DNA from: Candidatus Heimdallarchaeota archaeon
GTDB lineage: Archaea > Asgardarchaeota > Heimdallarchaeia > Heimdallarchaeales > Heimdallarchaeaceae
DNA: 40,826 nt
Assembly: GCA_018238545.1 (NCBI GenBank)
Contig: JABCTC010000032.1
Span: 1 to 40,826, forward strand
Reading direction: 5' to 3'
Of this stretch, positions 1-9,471 are shown one piece after another; within the stretch, counting starts at the first letter, position 1; every line of letters starts with the position of its first letter. A model generated the notes under the pieces. That model was given only the letters and a program-made list of their open reading frames with translations, searched no databases and was not told the origin of the DNA. The position numbers were made by a program, and so were the translations under genes.

Positions 1-97
1 CATATTAAGTTATTTCACAGGGTAAATCCGTATAATCAGTGTTCTATTCTTTTAAAACAAAACTAAATAATAACCATAGTAAAACAAGGAATAAATC

Positions 98-547
98 ATG
101 GATCCAAAAGATGTAACATTACTTTTAGTTGAAGATAATCCGGATGACGTCGAGTTAACATTAGGGGTATTTAAAAAACATCATGTGGTTAACAATATTA
201 TCGTGGCTAAAGACGGCGAGGAGGCTCTGGACGTCATATTCCAACACGGCAAAGAAAATAAGACGCAGCGGAGACCGGATTTGATATTATTAGATCTTAA
301 GCTGCCAAAAGTTGATGGATTGGAAGTTCTTAGGCAGGTTAAAAGTAATTCAAAAACAAAACATATTCCTGTGGTTGTTTTAACTTCTTCAAAAGAAGAG
401 AAAGATATTGTGGAAAGTTACCGCCTCGGCCTTAACAGCTATATTCGCAAACCGGTCAATTTTGAAGACTTTAGCGAAATAGTAAAGCAATTGAGTTTAT
501 ACTGGTTGTTGTTAAATGAACAGCCCTCCTCGAATATTGATTATTGA
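98..547 (+). CDS. Single-domain response regulator (receiver domain, Rcp1-like)
   Basis: LLVEDNPDD, DLILLDLKLP (phospho-Asp), VVVLTSS and YIRKP receiver motifs; AAGGA RBS upstream of the ATG. Confidence 0.95.
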   Translation: MDPKDVTLLLVEDNPDDVELTLGVFKKHHVVNNIIVAKDGEEALDVIFQHGKENKTQRRPDLILLDLKLPKVDGLEVLRQVKSNSKTKHIPVVVLTSSKEEKDIVESYRLGLNSYIRKPVNFEDFSEIVKQLSLYWLLLNEQPSSNIDY

Positions 548-561
548 TGATTTAAAGAAAG

Positions 562-616
562 TTTAAGTGCCTAAAGTGACTAAAGTGACTAAAGTGAACT
601 AAAGTTACTAAACTGA
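562..616. repeat. Intergenic 9-bp tandem repeat (CTAAAGTGA), ~6 degenerate copies
   Basis: ctaaagtga at 571, 580 and 589; ctaaagtta at 599; ctaaactga at 608; ttaagtgc before the first copy. Confidence 0.9.
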
Positions 617-707
617 ACAATTTTTTAGTCGTTGGCTGGCGGGTGGTGTGAAATTTTAAATTGATGTCTACCCGATTCATGTGTTAAGCTCTAAAAAGGA
701 AAAAATT

Positions 708-1943
708 ATGGACAAGAAAACATTACGTCTGCTAATTCTTGAAGATAATCCGGACGACGCTGAGTTAGAAGTAATAGAACTGGAGAAGGAAGGATTTGTT
801 TTAAATTGGAACATAGTAGACACGGAGCAAGCCTTCATAAAAGCATTATCAGAAAACCCAGATATTATCCTTGCCGATTATAAAGTCCCGTCTTTCGGTG
901 GAATGCCTGCCTTGCAGATAAAAATGGAAATCGCTCCTGATATTCCTTTCATCATCGTCTCCGGTACAATAGGCGAGGATGTTGCTGTTGAATGTATGAA
1001 AGCCGGCGCCACGGATTATGTTTTAAAAGACAGGCTGCCCCGTTTAGGTTCGGTAGTAAAACGGGCGCTTGAAGAAGCGGAAATATATAGTAAGCGCAAG
1101 CTGGCGGAAAAAAAACTCAGAGCTTCTGAAAAACGTTTCCGTATCTTATTTGAATCCGCTAAAGATGGTTTTTTCCTGATTAATAAAAAGGGGGACTATG
1201 TTGACGTCAATCCTGCCGGTTGTAAGATGTTCGGATATACGCGCCGTGAATTTCTGCAATCCGATATCCGCTTGATTCTGTTCCCGGAGGATATTGATAA
1301 TGCTTTTAAGAATACAATCTATGATCTAATAATTATACCTTCTTCATTCATAGGTATGAAAGAAGTAGAGATGAAAAAAGAAGATCTAGAAAAAACAGAA
1401 GCACAAGTTGTAGTTATAGGAGAAATTTTTGAATATCTTTTAGAAGAGGTAAAGGATATTCCTCTTTTAGTTGTTGAAAGCGAGAAAGTAAATATTGACA
1501 TGTTGTGGAAAAACATTTGCCTTTTTCTAGGTAATAGCACTCAACTAAGTAAAATGAGTGAAACTGCCTTAAGATTTAGTTTAAAGGACACAGAGATAAA
1601 GGGGCTAGTTAACATTTCTCGTAATTTTCACGAAGAAAAAACTGATGATGAATTTGAGCAATTTGTTAACAAAAATACAAAAGAACTCAAGAGGTTTGTG
1701 CAAGCTAATTCAGAGATTTTCAAAGAAGTTAATAAATTAAAGGAATTTAATCTTATAACAACTGATAAGATAGTTGACATAAAAAATCAACTGACAGTGT
1801 GTGGCAAAGATCATGGATTCTTAATGATTTATATGCCAACTAAACACTCAAGTCTTGCAGGATTCTTCATTGAGTTTCTAGAAGATCCAGAGATAACTTT
1901 TCCAATTATGATTATTAAAAAGAAAATAACCCCCCTATTATAG
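708..1943 (+). CDS. Apparent chimeric ORF: receiver + partial PAS domain (to ~1310) fused to a degenerate tandem universal-stress-protein-like C-terminal part
   Basis: REC motifs (LILEDNPDD, DIILADY, DYVLKD). PAS start (RFRILFESAKDG...VNPAGCKMFGY) stops mid-domain at PEDIDNAFK. It continues with YDLIII...IPLLVV and FPIMIIK strands typical of USP folds. CpG-rich codons disappear after ~1310. ATG 708 preferred over GTG 681. Confidence 0.7.
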   Translation: MDKKTLRLLILEDNPDDAELEVIELEKEGFVLNWNIVDTEQAFIKALSENPDIILADYKVPSFGGMPALQIKMEIAPDIPFIIVSGTIGEDVAVECMKAGATDYVLKDRLPRLGSVVKRALEEAEIYSKRKLAEKKLRASEKRFRILFESAKDGFFLINKKGDYVDVNPAGCKMFGYTRREFLQSDIRLILFPEDIDNAFKNTIYDLIIIPSSFIGMKEVEMKKEDLEKTEAQVVVIGEIFEYLLEEVKDIPLLVVESEKVNIDMLWKNICLFLGNSTQLSKMSETALRFSLKDTEIKGLVNISRNFHEEKTDDEFEQFVNKNTKELKRFVQANSEIFKEVNKLKEFNLITTDKIVDIKNQLTVCGKDHGFLMIYMPTKHSSLAGFFIEFLEDPEITFPIMIIKKKITPLL

Positions 1944-2152
1944 AAAAGGAAAAAGAAGAGATACCAGAAGAAATAAACAAGAAAGAGAAGATATAAAGAC
2001 AAAGAGGTTATGATTGAATAGGAACGAAAAGAATGAGATGTATTGTCTCATGCTCTTGAATAAGAAATGAACAGAGCAAATGTTTCTATATTTCAAAAAC
2101 AGTTCAGGATTGAACTCAATTCTGAAAAAAGAAAATTTACAAAGGTGAACAA

Positions 2153-3562
2153 TTGTCAGAGCCATTAAATCTGTTAGGAGAATTACAGTGGATTGGAACA
2201 ATACTTATTGTAATAATCGTGCTAATCACAATTGTTTTACTAACAAAAGAGGGAATTGATTCTACAAAAGTCACAGCTTCTGGTGCCTTAGCAGTTTCAT
2301 TATTGTATCTAGTACTTATGGATTGGGAGAAAGGTTTTGTCGAAAACTTAGGATTTGAAGAAGTACCTGAGCATTTTCTGGAAGCTTTGGCACAAACAGT
2401 GAACATAGAAGCTATACTAATTATCTTCTCTATAGGAATAATTGTTGCGATTACAAAAGGGGCAGGGTTCTTTGACTTTGTATCACTATATATTGTTAAA
2501 ATGACTAAAGGTGATCCAAAAAAACTACTCGTAGCATTAGGTGGATTAACATTCTTTGTTTCAATGTTTTTTGATAATCTAAGTGCAATAATTCTATTAG
2601 GATCATTAACAGTAGTTACATGTAAACAGCTAGAACTTAACCCAGAACCTTATGTGTTGTTCGTAGGTATAAATACCATAATTGGTGGTCTGCCAACCCC
2701 TGTTTCATCGATACCTAATATTATCTTTTTTAACTTGTATCCAGAGACAAACATGAACTTCATAACATTTACAGCTTATATGTTTCCTATTGCAATTCTT
2801 TTCTTTGGGCTTGCTACAGTATTTTTCTTCCTTATGTATAAGAAGCAACTAAGAATCAAAGTTACAGATGAGAAAAGAGAGCAGATGGGAAGAATTAATC
2901 CTTGGTCAGGGATTTCTGATAGAAAGAACATCTGGAAATCAACAATTCTGCTTGGATTTCTTTTTGTAGGATTTTTACTTACAAGTATTAAGAGTAATCC
3001 TCTAGATGTAGCTATTACAGCTCTAATAACAGTGTTTTTCGGTCTTTTTCTTTTCAAAACAGATTTGAAGCGTTATCTTAGAGAAGGAGTCGAATGGGAG
3101 ATGATTATTTTCGCTATTGCTCTTTTCGTTCTAATGGGACTTTTAACAGCTGCAGGAGCTTTGCTACCATTAACTGATATACTTACAGGGATATTAGGTA
3201 CAAACCCCACAACAGGAGGGTTAATTTTAGTCGCAACAATAATCGGTGCTGTAGGATTATTTATAGCAGGATTTTTGAATAGTTTTTCAGCTGCACTTAT
3301 TTTCTCTTATATCTATCAAGCTTTAGAATTAGGGGTGGCAACAGGAGTAGGTTTGTGGATTGGTTTTGTTCTTTCTGGGAATATTGGTGGAGCATTGACA
3401 CCTCTTGGATCAATTACTATTCTAATGTCACTAGAGATATTAAGAAGGGAAGGATATCCTATTTCTTTTCTCAAATACGTAAAGAAGATGTTACCTTTAA
3501 CATTAGTTTGTGGAGTGGTGGGTGTGCTCTATTCAATCGCTCTAATAGCTTTGGGTTTTTAG
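2153..3562 (+). CDS. ArsB/NhaD (SLC13/IT superfamily) permease
   Basis: ~12 TM segments; SMFFDN, IGGLPTPVSSIPNII and GNIGGALTPLGS signature hairpins; VEWEMIIF motif. Confidence 0.88.
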   Translation: MSEPLNLLGELQWIGTILIVIIVLITIVLLTKEGIDSTKVTASGALAVSLLYLVLMDWEKGFVENLGFEEVPEHFLEALAQTVNIEAILIIFSIGIIVAITKGAGFFDFVSLYIVKMTKGDPKKLLVALGGLTFFVSMFFDNLSAIILLGSLTVVTCKQLELNPEPYVLFVGINTIIGGLPTPVSSIPNIIFFNLYPETNMNFITFTAYMFPIAILFFGLATVFFFLMYKKQLRIKVTDEKREQMGRINPWSGISDRKNIWKSTILLGFLFVGFLLTSIKSNPLDVAITALITVFFGLFLFKTDLKRYLREGVEWEMIIFAIALFVLMGLLTAAGALLPLTDILTGILGTNPTTGGLILVATIIGAVGLFIAGFLNSFSAALIFSYIYQALELGVATGVGLWIGFVLSGNIGGALTPLGSITILMSLEILRREGYPISFLKYVKKMLPLTLVCGVVGVLYSIALIALGF

Positions 3563-3713
3563 TAATCTAGGTGGTTCAAAAGAGAAAGAAATCAAACATA
3601 TATTAGCAACTAAGGAGAAAAATAACTTCCAATAAATTACTGGATTAACACCATTTGATTGCAAAAATAGTTTAGTTTCGTTTTCAATCATAATATAAAC
3701 TAATATTGGTTTT

Positions 3714-4559
3714 TTATGCAGAATCTTTAGTAGTGCAAATTTCTAATATACTTGGTGGTTCTTCATCCGTCTTTGTTACTGTTAACCAATTTGTTATTGC
3801 TACTAGTTCTTCAAGAAATTGTTTAACTCCTTTTTCGTATCCTGAGCAGAGTCTTACTAACTGCGTTTCAGTTTCTAGAAATATTCCCCACCGTTGGTAT
3901 TTTTTAGATAAGTTTTTTACATCATATTTCATAATTGCTAATTGATATTCTGGTGAAAGAGGAAATGTATAACTGAATCTATCTCTTTTCGCTGTACGAC
4001 CGTAAATTAATATTTCCTTCTTATTCTGATCGATTATTATATTTGTATATGTTGTTAAGAGAATATATAAAAACCAAATGATAAAAACAGAAGGCCAGAC
4101 TATTACTGGTAAGATAGTTGGCAACCCATATTTTATAGAAGGAATCAATTGATCGGAAATAGATAAGGAAGGAATCCAAACAAAAATGATTAGTAAAACA
4201 TAAGCTATTGTTGTAGTAATTGTTCCAATAATAGCTACTAACCAATTCATGCCCATAATAAACCGTCTTTCTCGTTTTCTTGGTTTTATTAGAAACGCTA
4301 TCGCACTTGATGTAAAACTAATCCATCCTCCTGCAATAATAATCATTAGAAAACTGATGAGATTAAAGATATCGTACCAATACACTCTATATCTTGAAGT
4401 AATTATTAATCCCCATAACAGAAAAATAGATGCAAAAATAAACAGAATAAATGATATCAGTACTAAACTCTTAAATGACTTTTTCCGAGAGAAATTCCAA
4501 ATTTGTAAATCTTCTTCATCTTGAGAAAAAAACTTTGGAGATGAATTAATTCCTTTCAT
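3714..4559 (-). CDS. Integral membrane protein (4 TM plus soluble C-terminal beta domain); candidate immunity protein
   Basis: Four hydrophobic segments then a polar ~105-aa tail; GGAG upstream; starts 51 bp after the 4611 stop on the same strand. Confidence 0.7.
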   Translation of the reverse strand: MKGINSSPKFFSQDEEDLQIWNFSRKKSFKSLVLISFILFIFASIFLLWGLIITSRYRVYWYDIFNLISFLMIIIAGGWISFTSSAIAFLIKPRKRERRFIMGMNWLVAIIGTITTTIAYVLLIIFVWIPSLSISDQLIPSIKYGLPTILPVIVWPSVFIIWFLYILLTTYTNIIIDQNKKEILIYGRTAKRDRFSYTFPLSPEYQLAIMKYDVKNLSKKYQRWGIFLETETQLVRLCSGYEKGVKQFLEELVAITNWLTVTKTDEEPPSILEICTTKDSA

Positions 4560-4610
4560 TTCAAATCCATCTCCATATTCAATATTTTAATGTTTTTGGA
4601 TGGTTTAATT

Positions 4611-5724
4611 TTATCCTCCAAACATCCAAGCTGGCATATTGCATATATCGTCAACATCGGTGATGTCCGAAATAGAGCCTATTACCCACCATACAACTGT
4701 TAGAACAATTGAAATAATTTGCAACACTTTAAGGGCTAGAGCAGTTCCAGCTGTTGCTGCTACGGCAGCGGCTTGAGCAGTCACATCTGCAATTGCTGCA
4801 GCTGCTAAGTACCAAGCTATTTTTGGGATCAGTTTAGTGCAGATAAAATTCACTATAGCTGGTAAAAATGCCAGGAATGCGCTACCTATCATTGCAACAC
4901 TGCTCATATGATTAAATAATACAGCAAAGAAATTAGCACAAGCACTAAAGAAACTTAAACCTGCTGCGCTGATTACTTCTGCGACCTTAGCCACTATCCA
5001 AATCGATGAAAAGGTAAGTAAAGCTCCTATTACAACCATAGCAAGATTGCCGCAGTTCCATACGGTTTCTACAATTCCCCAACCACCTGATGGGCCAAAA
5101 GGATTACGTACAATGTAGGTAACTGTAGGTGTTGGTGGTGTTGGTGGTGGGGCCGCTCCTCCTCCATCATCTATCAGCACTACAAGTTCTTCTTTCTGAA
5201 CTGTTCCTGATACGATATTAATTGCTCTTACAAGCAGTTTGTCGATAATCGTCTGAGATTTCGTTATTATATATGATGTAAACAATCCTCCAATTACTGC
5301 ATCGATTGATCCTTCAAATGTAAACACATCTGTTTCTTCTAGAACTGTTTGTTTCAATAGATTCTTCGAATCACAAGACAATACTACATCCTTAGCAGGA
5401 GTTTTTTCAATATTTGAAGCGAAATCGACCCAAGACATCTGGAAATTCTCTGTTTCAATACCTTGATCATTACCATGACCTATCCATATTACAGGGCCAA
5501 AACAATGACTAATTTTTAAGGAAAATTCCAATGAATTATATTCCAAGATAGAAGGATTTGGTACATCTTCTCTAATTGCTAAATATGCTTTTATCTATAG
5601 CATTATTATCTCCCATCTTTACGATGGTAACTCCCATAACAGGCGACGTTATCGCTGTTATTACACTCATACTCATTACAAGAACAATGAGCAGAGAAAT
5701 TCTATATTTGTTTCTAATTTGCAT
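4611..5724 (-). CDS. Secreted precursor: signal peptide, clan CD-like protease domain, Pro linker, hydrophobic helical domain (one frameshift near 5582)
   Basis: GAGGT RBS and ATG at 5724 give MQIRNKYRISLLIVLVMSMSVITAITSPVMG..., stopping at 5572. Removing one T of the TTT at 5581-5583 joins it to AIREDVPNPSILEYNSLEF (ORF 4611-5546), giving ~370 aa. Motifs IWIGHG and VVLSCDS. Confidence 0.75.
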
Positions 5725-6145
5725 TTTTATACCTCATATTTAGCAAAATTGTAATCAAATGTATATCCTATCTTTGTTACTTCTCCACGTCCACATTTTG
5801 CCAAAATAACATGTACATTAGCCAGTATTTAAAATATATGTTTCACATAATCATTAACTTAATAGATATACCCGTTTATAGAATCATTTAAACGAATGTT
5901 TGTGGAAAGAAAGAAGGATAAATTGTCTTCTTTCAACTTGTAATTTATCTTTTCTGAAGACAGTTATTTGTCACATAATGTTACAGATACCAACATATTT
6001 TTTTCAGTAGTTTTTTACATGTAAAACATATGATAGAGAATTTAGCTGATTGTTTCTGATTTTATTCGATTGAGTTATCTGAAAAACACTTAATATTGTT
6101 TAAGAGAACATGAATCATTAATATTAAAGATTTCGAGAGATAAAC

Positions 6146-7546
6146 TTGAAGCTTCAATCCCCTTCATCAGAAGAAGCACCAACAATACCTAGGAGATTAG
6201 TTACTCTAGATTTTCTTAGAGGTGTAGCTATTTTTGGAATGACTCTTTTTCACATTCTTTTCAAAATGTATGATATTGAAGGATTTATGGCAAATCAAGA
6301 AGAGATACTAAATTTTCCTATAGTTTTGCTGATAATAATGGGATTATTTGCTTATCTCGGATCTTGGTACGGGTTCTTCTTGTTTATCTCTTCAGTGGTG
6401 AATTCTTATACTTTCATAAGAAAAGCAAAAACAGATGTTATCCCTTCAAAATTACTTTTTAAGCAAATTACGACAGGAGTAGCTCTTATAATATTAGCTT
6501 ACTTCATAGAAGGAATCTTGGGATACTATGGGGATATTGGATATTCAATAAGAAGATTAGAATGGACGAATTTTGCTTACTTCAAAGTCGAAATTCTTTG
6601 GTTTCAAACCTTGCAGATTATTGGTATATGTCTAGTAATTAATGGTGTACTCCTATACCTTTTGATGCGTAACAATGGCTTTGAGAAAGTGATAAGAAAT
6701 ATTGTTATTTTTGCATGTCTCATTTTATTTGTTCTTGTTCTTACTCCATTTATTTCTAACTGGATATCAAACTCTACTTGGTTATATCCTTCAGAAGAAA
6801 CTAGTTGGCCTGACATAGAGTTTGTTTATCATAATAGATCTGCTAGAACTTGGTTCTTAACAATCATTAATGGTCCTAAACAACCTCTCTTCCCATATCT
6901 TGCTTCTTCTTTCATGGGATCGCTTATAGGAATGCTTCTTGCAGAACCAAAACTTCCGAAAAGAAAACTTCTGTGGTTAAGTCTTGTAGGTATTTTATAT
7001 ATAGCTGCAGGTGTAATCTTAATTGTTCTAGGATTACCTTTCACTTTTCTTGAACAACCTCCCGCAATAACAACTTACCTACTTAGATTAGGAGGGCAGG
7101 TTTGTTTATTAATGGCCCTTCTAGCTTTAATAGAATATAGAGGGGAGGGTAAAATCTTTGCGAATAGAAGAATTGTTAAATTCTTTAGAAGATGGTCAAT
7201 CCTTTCATTAACAATCTATTCCTTGCAAATATTAGAACTACTTCCAAGATGGATTCTGTCTCTCATTTTACAAAAACAATCGGGATACGATTTCATGGAA
7301 GAAGGAATAATAGGTAGAGGGCAAGAGTTGTGGATGTTTCTGGCAATAACTTACATATTATTGTTCTATGAATTAGTGGTTAGATTGTTTATTCAATTCA
7401 AGATGAAAGGTTCCTTTGAATGGTTGTTAGTTAAACTACAGAATCTATTCAAAGGAGTCAAATCTTCAAAAATTGTCTCTGATTTATTAGGTGATGAAAT
7501 TCAGTGGATTAATTTCAATAATAGCAAAGTAAAAGAAAAAAGATAA
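6146..7546 (+). CDS. Membrane acyltransferase-like protein (heparan-alpha-glucosaminide N-acetyltransferase/DUF1624-like)
   Basis: RRLVTLDFLRGVAIFGM..H N-terminal motif, TLQIIG, PLFPY, SLTIY, GSFEW; polytopic. Confidence 0.8.
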   Translation: MKLQSPSSEEAPTIPRRLVTLDFLRGVAIFGMTLFHILFKMYDIEGFMANQEEILNFPIVLLIIMGLFAYLGSWYGFFLFISSVVNSYTFIRKAKTDVIPSKLLFKQITTGVALIILAYFIEGILGYYGDIGYSIRRLEWTNFAYFKVEILWFQTLQIIGICLVINGVLLYLLMRNNGFEKVIRNIVIFACLILFVLVLTPFISNWISNSTWLYPSEETSWPDIEFVYHNRSARTWFLTIINGPKQPLFPYLASSFMGSLIGMLLAEPKLPKRKLLWLSLVGILYIAAGVILIVLGLPFTFLEQPPAITTYLLRLGGQVCLLMALLALIEYRGEGKIFANRRIVKFFRRWSILSLTIYSLQILELLPRWILSLILQKQSGYDFMEEGIIGRGQELWMFLAITYILLFYELVVRLFIQFKMKGSFEWLLVKLQNLFKGVKSSKIVSDLLGDEIQWINFNNSKVKEKR

Positions 7547-7552
7547 GAGGAG

Positions 7553-8824
7553 TTATTTAGATATTTTTCGTCTGTATGCGACCAAAAGAACAAGTATACT
7601 AATACTTGAAATAGAGATTATTAATGTGTAGCCTGTAATAAAATTAGTTCTCGGTATACAATACTGAATTGTATTTTCTACTTTATCATTCTCTCTATCT
7701 CTCATTAATTCGTAACGGTAAAAATGTCCTTCTGAAGTAGGGAGAATTTTAATGTATCTTAATATATCTGAACTTACAGCAACTTCATCTGTAAACTCTA
7801 TTCTTTCTTCATAAAGAACTTCTTTTGCAGAGTTTAATAAGTGTAAATTGATTATAGATGTTTTCTCTCCTGTATCAGAAACAAAATCGTCTTCAAGAGT
7901 AGTGAAACCTAAAAAACCATTTTCAATAGCAATACTGTAGCCATCAAGACCACGATTAGGAGTCTCTGCTTCAATTGTTAGCTCCCAATCAAAATTTCCA
8001 TCCACTTTACAAAGTTTCATAAATAGTTTAGAACAATAAGTAATAACTACCAGCAAAACATTTTCCTTAAAAGCTATCAAATATTTACTCTCTAGAGAGA
8101 TTAGTGAAATCGTTGGATCATCTATTCTAATCATTTTTTGCCAAATTTCCTCTCCATTCTCATCATCAAGGTAATACAGAACGCCTTCATTCTCAACATA
8201 GATATTTCCATAACTGTTTTTACAAAAACCAAAAATCGTGCCATCTGGATTAAGAGCTATTGTTCTATTCCAAAGTTTCTCTCCTGTAGTACTAAATTTA
8301 GCTAACTGAATGCGGTCTAACTCAGTGTTTAATGAATCGTATTCTCCTTGGTATTCTAATATAGCAAAATAAATACAATCGCTATCAACATAGTAGAGAT
8401 CTCCAAAAAATTCCCCTTCAAAGTAGCTTGAGAGATTTATATTGTATGTTGAAATAAAGATGAGTTCATTTGAATACTGTGATATTGTAAATGTTTCTTC
8501 TTCGGTATCTATAAAATAATATTTACCAAAATCATCCATTCGATATCTGTAGTTGCTAGGTTCTGGATTAAGGGTTTTATCAAAAATCTCTGTTCCTTCC
8601 TTTGAAACCTTAGAAAAGTATATTTCAATTTCATCAGAATTTAAATAAGAGAGATATAGATTATCATCAACATCAACAGATAAGCCATTAAGTGAAAACT
8701 TCTCCAGTTCTATTTCCCATCGAACACTGTAAGATGCTGCTGTACAGAACACTGGTGAAATAACTAAAAGAAAAAGTAAAACCAATACACCAGAAGCAAA
8801 AAGATTTTTTTTGTGGATTCTCAT
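7553..8824 (-). CDS. Secreted, C-terminally anchored beta-propeller-like surface protein
   Basis: Signal peptide; repeated 'K..G...W' blade motifs (KFSTTGEKLW, ENGEEIW, DGNFDW); TGY-TM-RRK tail. Confidence 0.7.
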   Translation of the reverse strand: MRIHKKNLFASGVLVLLFLLVISPVFCTAASYSVRWEIELEKFSLNGLSVDVDDNLYLSYLNSDEIEIYFSKVSKEGTEIFDKTLNPEPSNYRYRMDDFGKYYFIDTEEETFTISQYSNELIFISTYNINLSSYFEGEFFGDLYYVDSDCIYFAILEYQGEYDSLNTELDRIQLAKFSTTGEKLWNRTIALNPDGTIFGFCKNSYGNIYVENEGVLYYLDDENGEEIWQKMIRIDDPTISLISLESKYLIAFKENVLLVVITYCSKLFMKLCKVDGNFDWELTIEAETPNRGLDGYSIAIENGFLGFTTLEDDFVSDTGEKTSIINLHLLNSAKEVLYEERIEFTDEVAVSSDILRYIKILPTSEGHFYRYELMRDRENDKVENTIQYCIPRTNFITGYTLIISISSISILVLLVAYRRKISK

Positions 8825-8892
8825 TTAAATTCCCAACTTGTCAAGATATATTTGTACACGGGATTATTTAATACTTATTGAATGATTTAAGG

Positions 8893-9396
8893 TTAAAGGA
8901 TGATGTAAGCTCTTTGTATGCTATTTGAGCACCTAAAAGATGGCTGTTTCAGTCCATATTTATCACTGGAAGTGCCTTATTGTTTATCTTCTCTATTGGA
9001 TTACTCTGGGGAATTAATGGTGAAGAAGGTCTTGTTGGATCGTACTTGTTTGCGATTAGTGCACTCATAGTGTTAATTGTAACTATTTTCTTCCCCTTAG
9101 GTGAAGGAGGAGAATTAAATACAATACGAGGTAAATTGCATCTTATTCTTATAGTAGTATCAGGAATAGTAGTCATCATATCAATGGTCTTTTTGTGGTT
9201 TAGCACAAAATCATTAGAAGGTTGGATTGGGTTTGCTTGGTTCTCTTTTGCTTCAGCTATAATATCTTTGATACTTGTGGTAATATCAGGAATCTTCGTT
9301 GGCGGGAAGTATATGGGTTTGGTAGAAAGGTTCATGGTCAGTTTCTTTCAGATATACTACTTTGTTATCAGTCTCATAGTGTTTCTAAGAAATTAA
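8893..9396 (+). pseudogene. DUF998-like membrane protein remnant (5'-truncated, in-frame TGA at 8926)
   Basis: Frame reads LKDDVSSLYAI*APKRWLF...FFPL...GKLH...GLVER, matching DUF998-type 'S.L.A.GAP', H and 'GL.ER' motifs; no start codon or first TM found. Confidence 0.65.
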
Positions 9397-9471
9397 TGAT
9401 TTGTAGGAAATTGTTGACCAAACCATACGTTTTTTATTTGATGCCTCGCAAAGTTTTACGAGTGATTTACT

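Noticed and set aside
6013-6026. 14-bp palindromes ttttacatgtaaaa (here) and atatcaattgatat (36622-36635) as operators
   Set aside because: AT-rich, unrelated to each other and plausible by chance; no cognate regulator nearby
8926-8928. TGA recoding (Gly/Sec) in the DUF998-like frame
   Set aside because: TGA terminates intact genes in this window (e.g. 16173, 39219), the gene is also 5'-truncated, and no SECIS was seen
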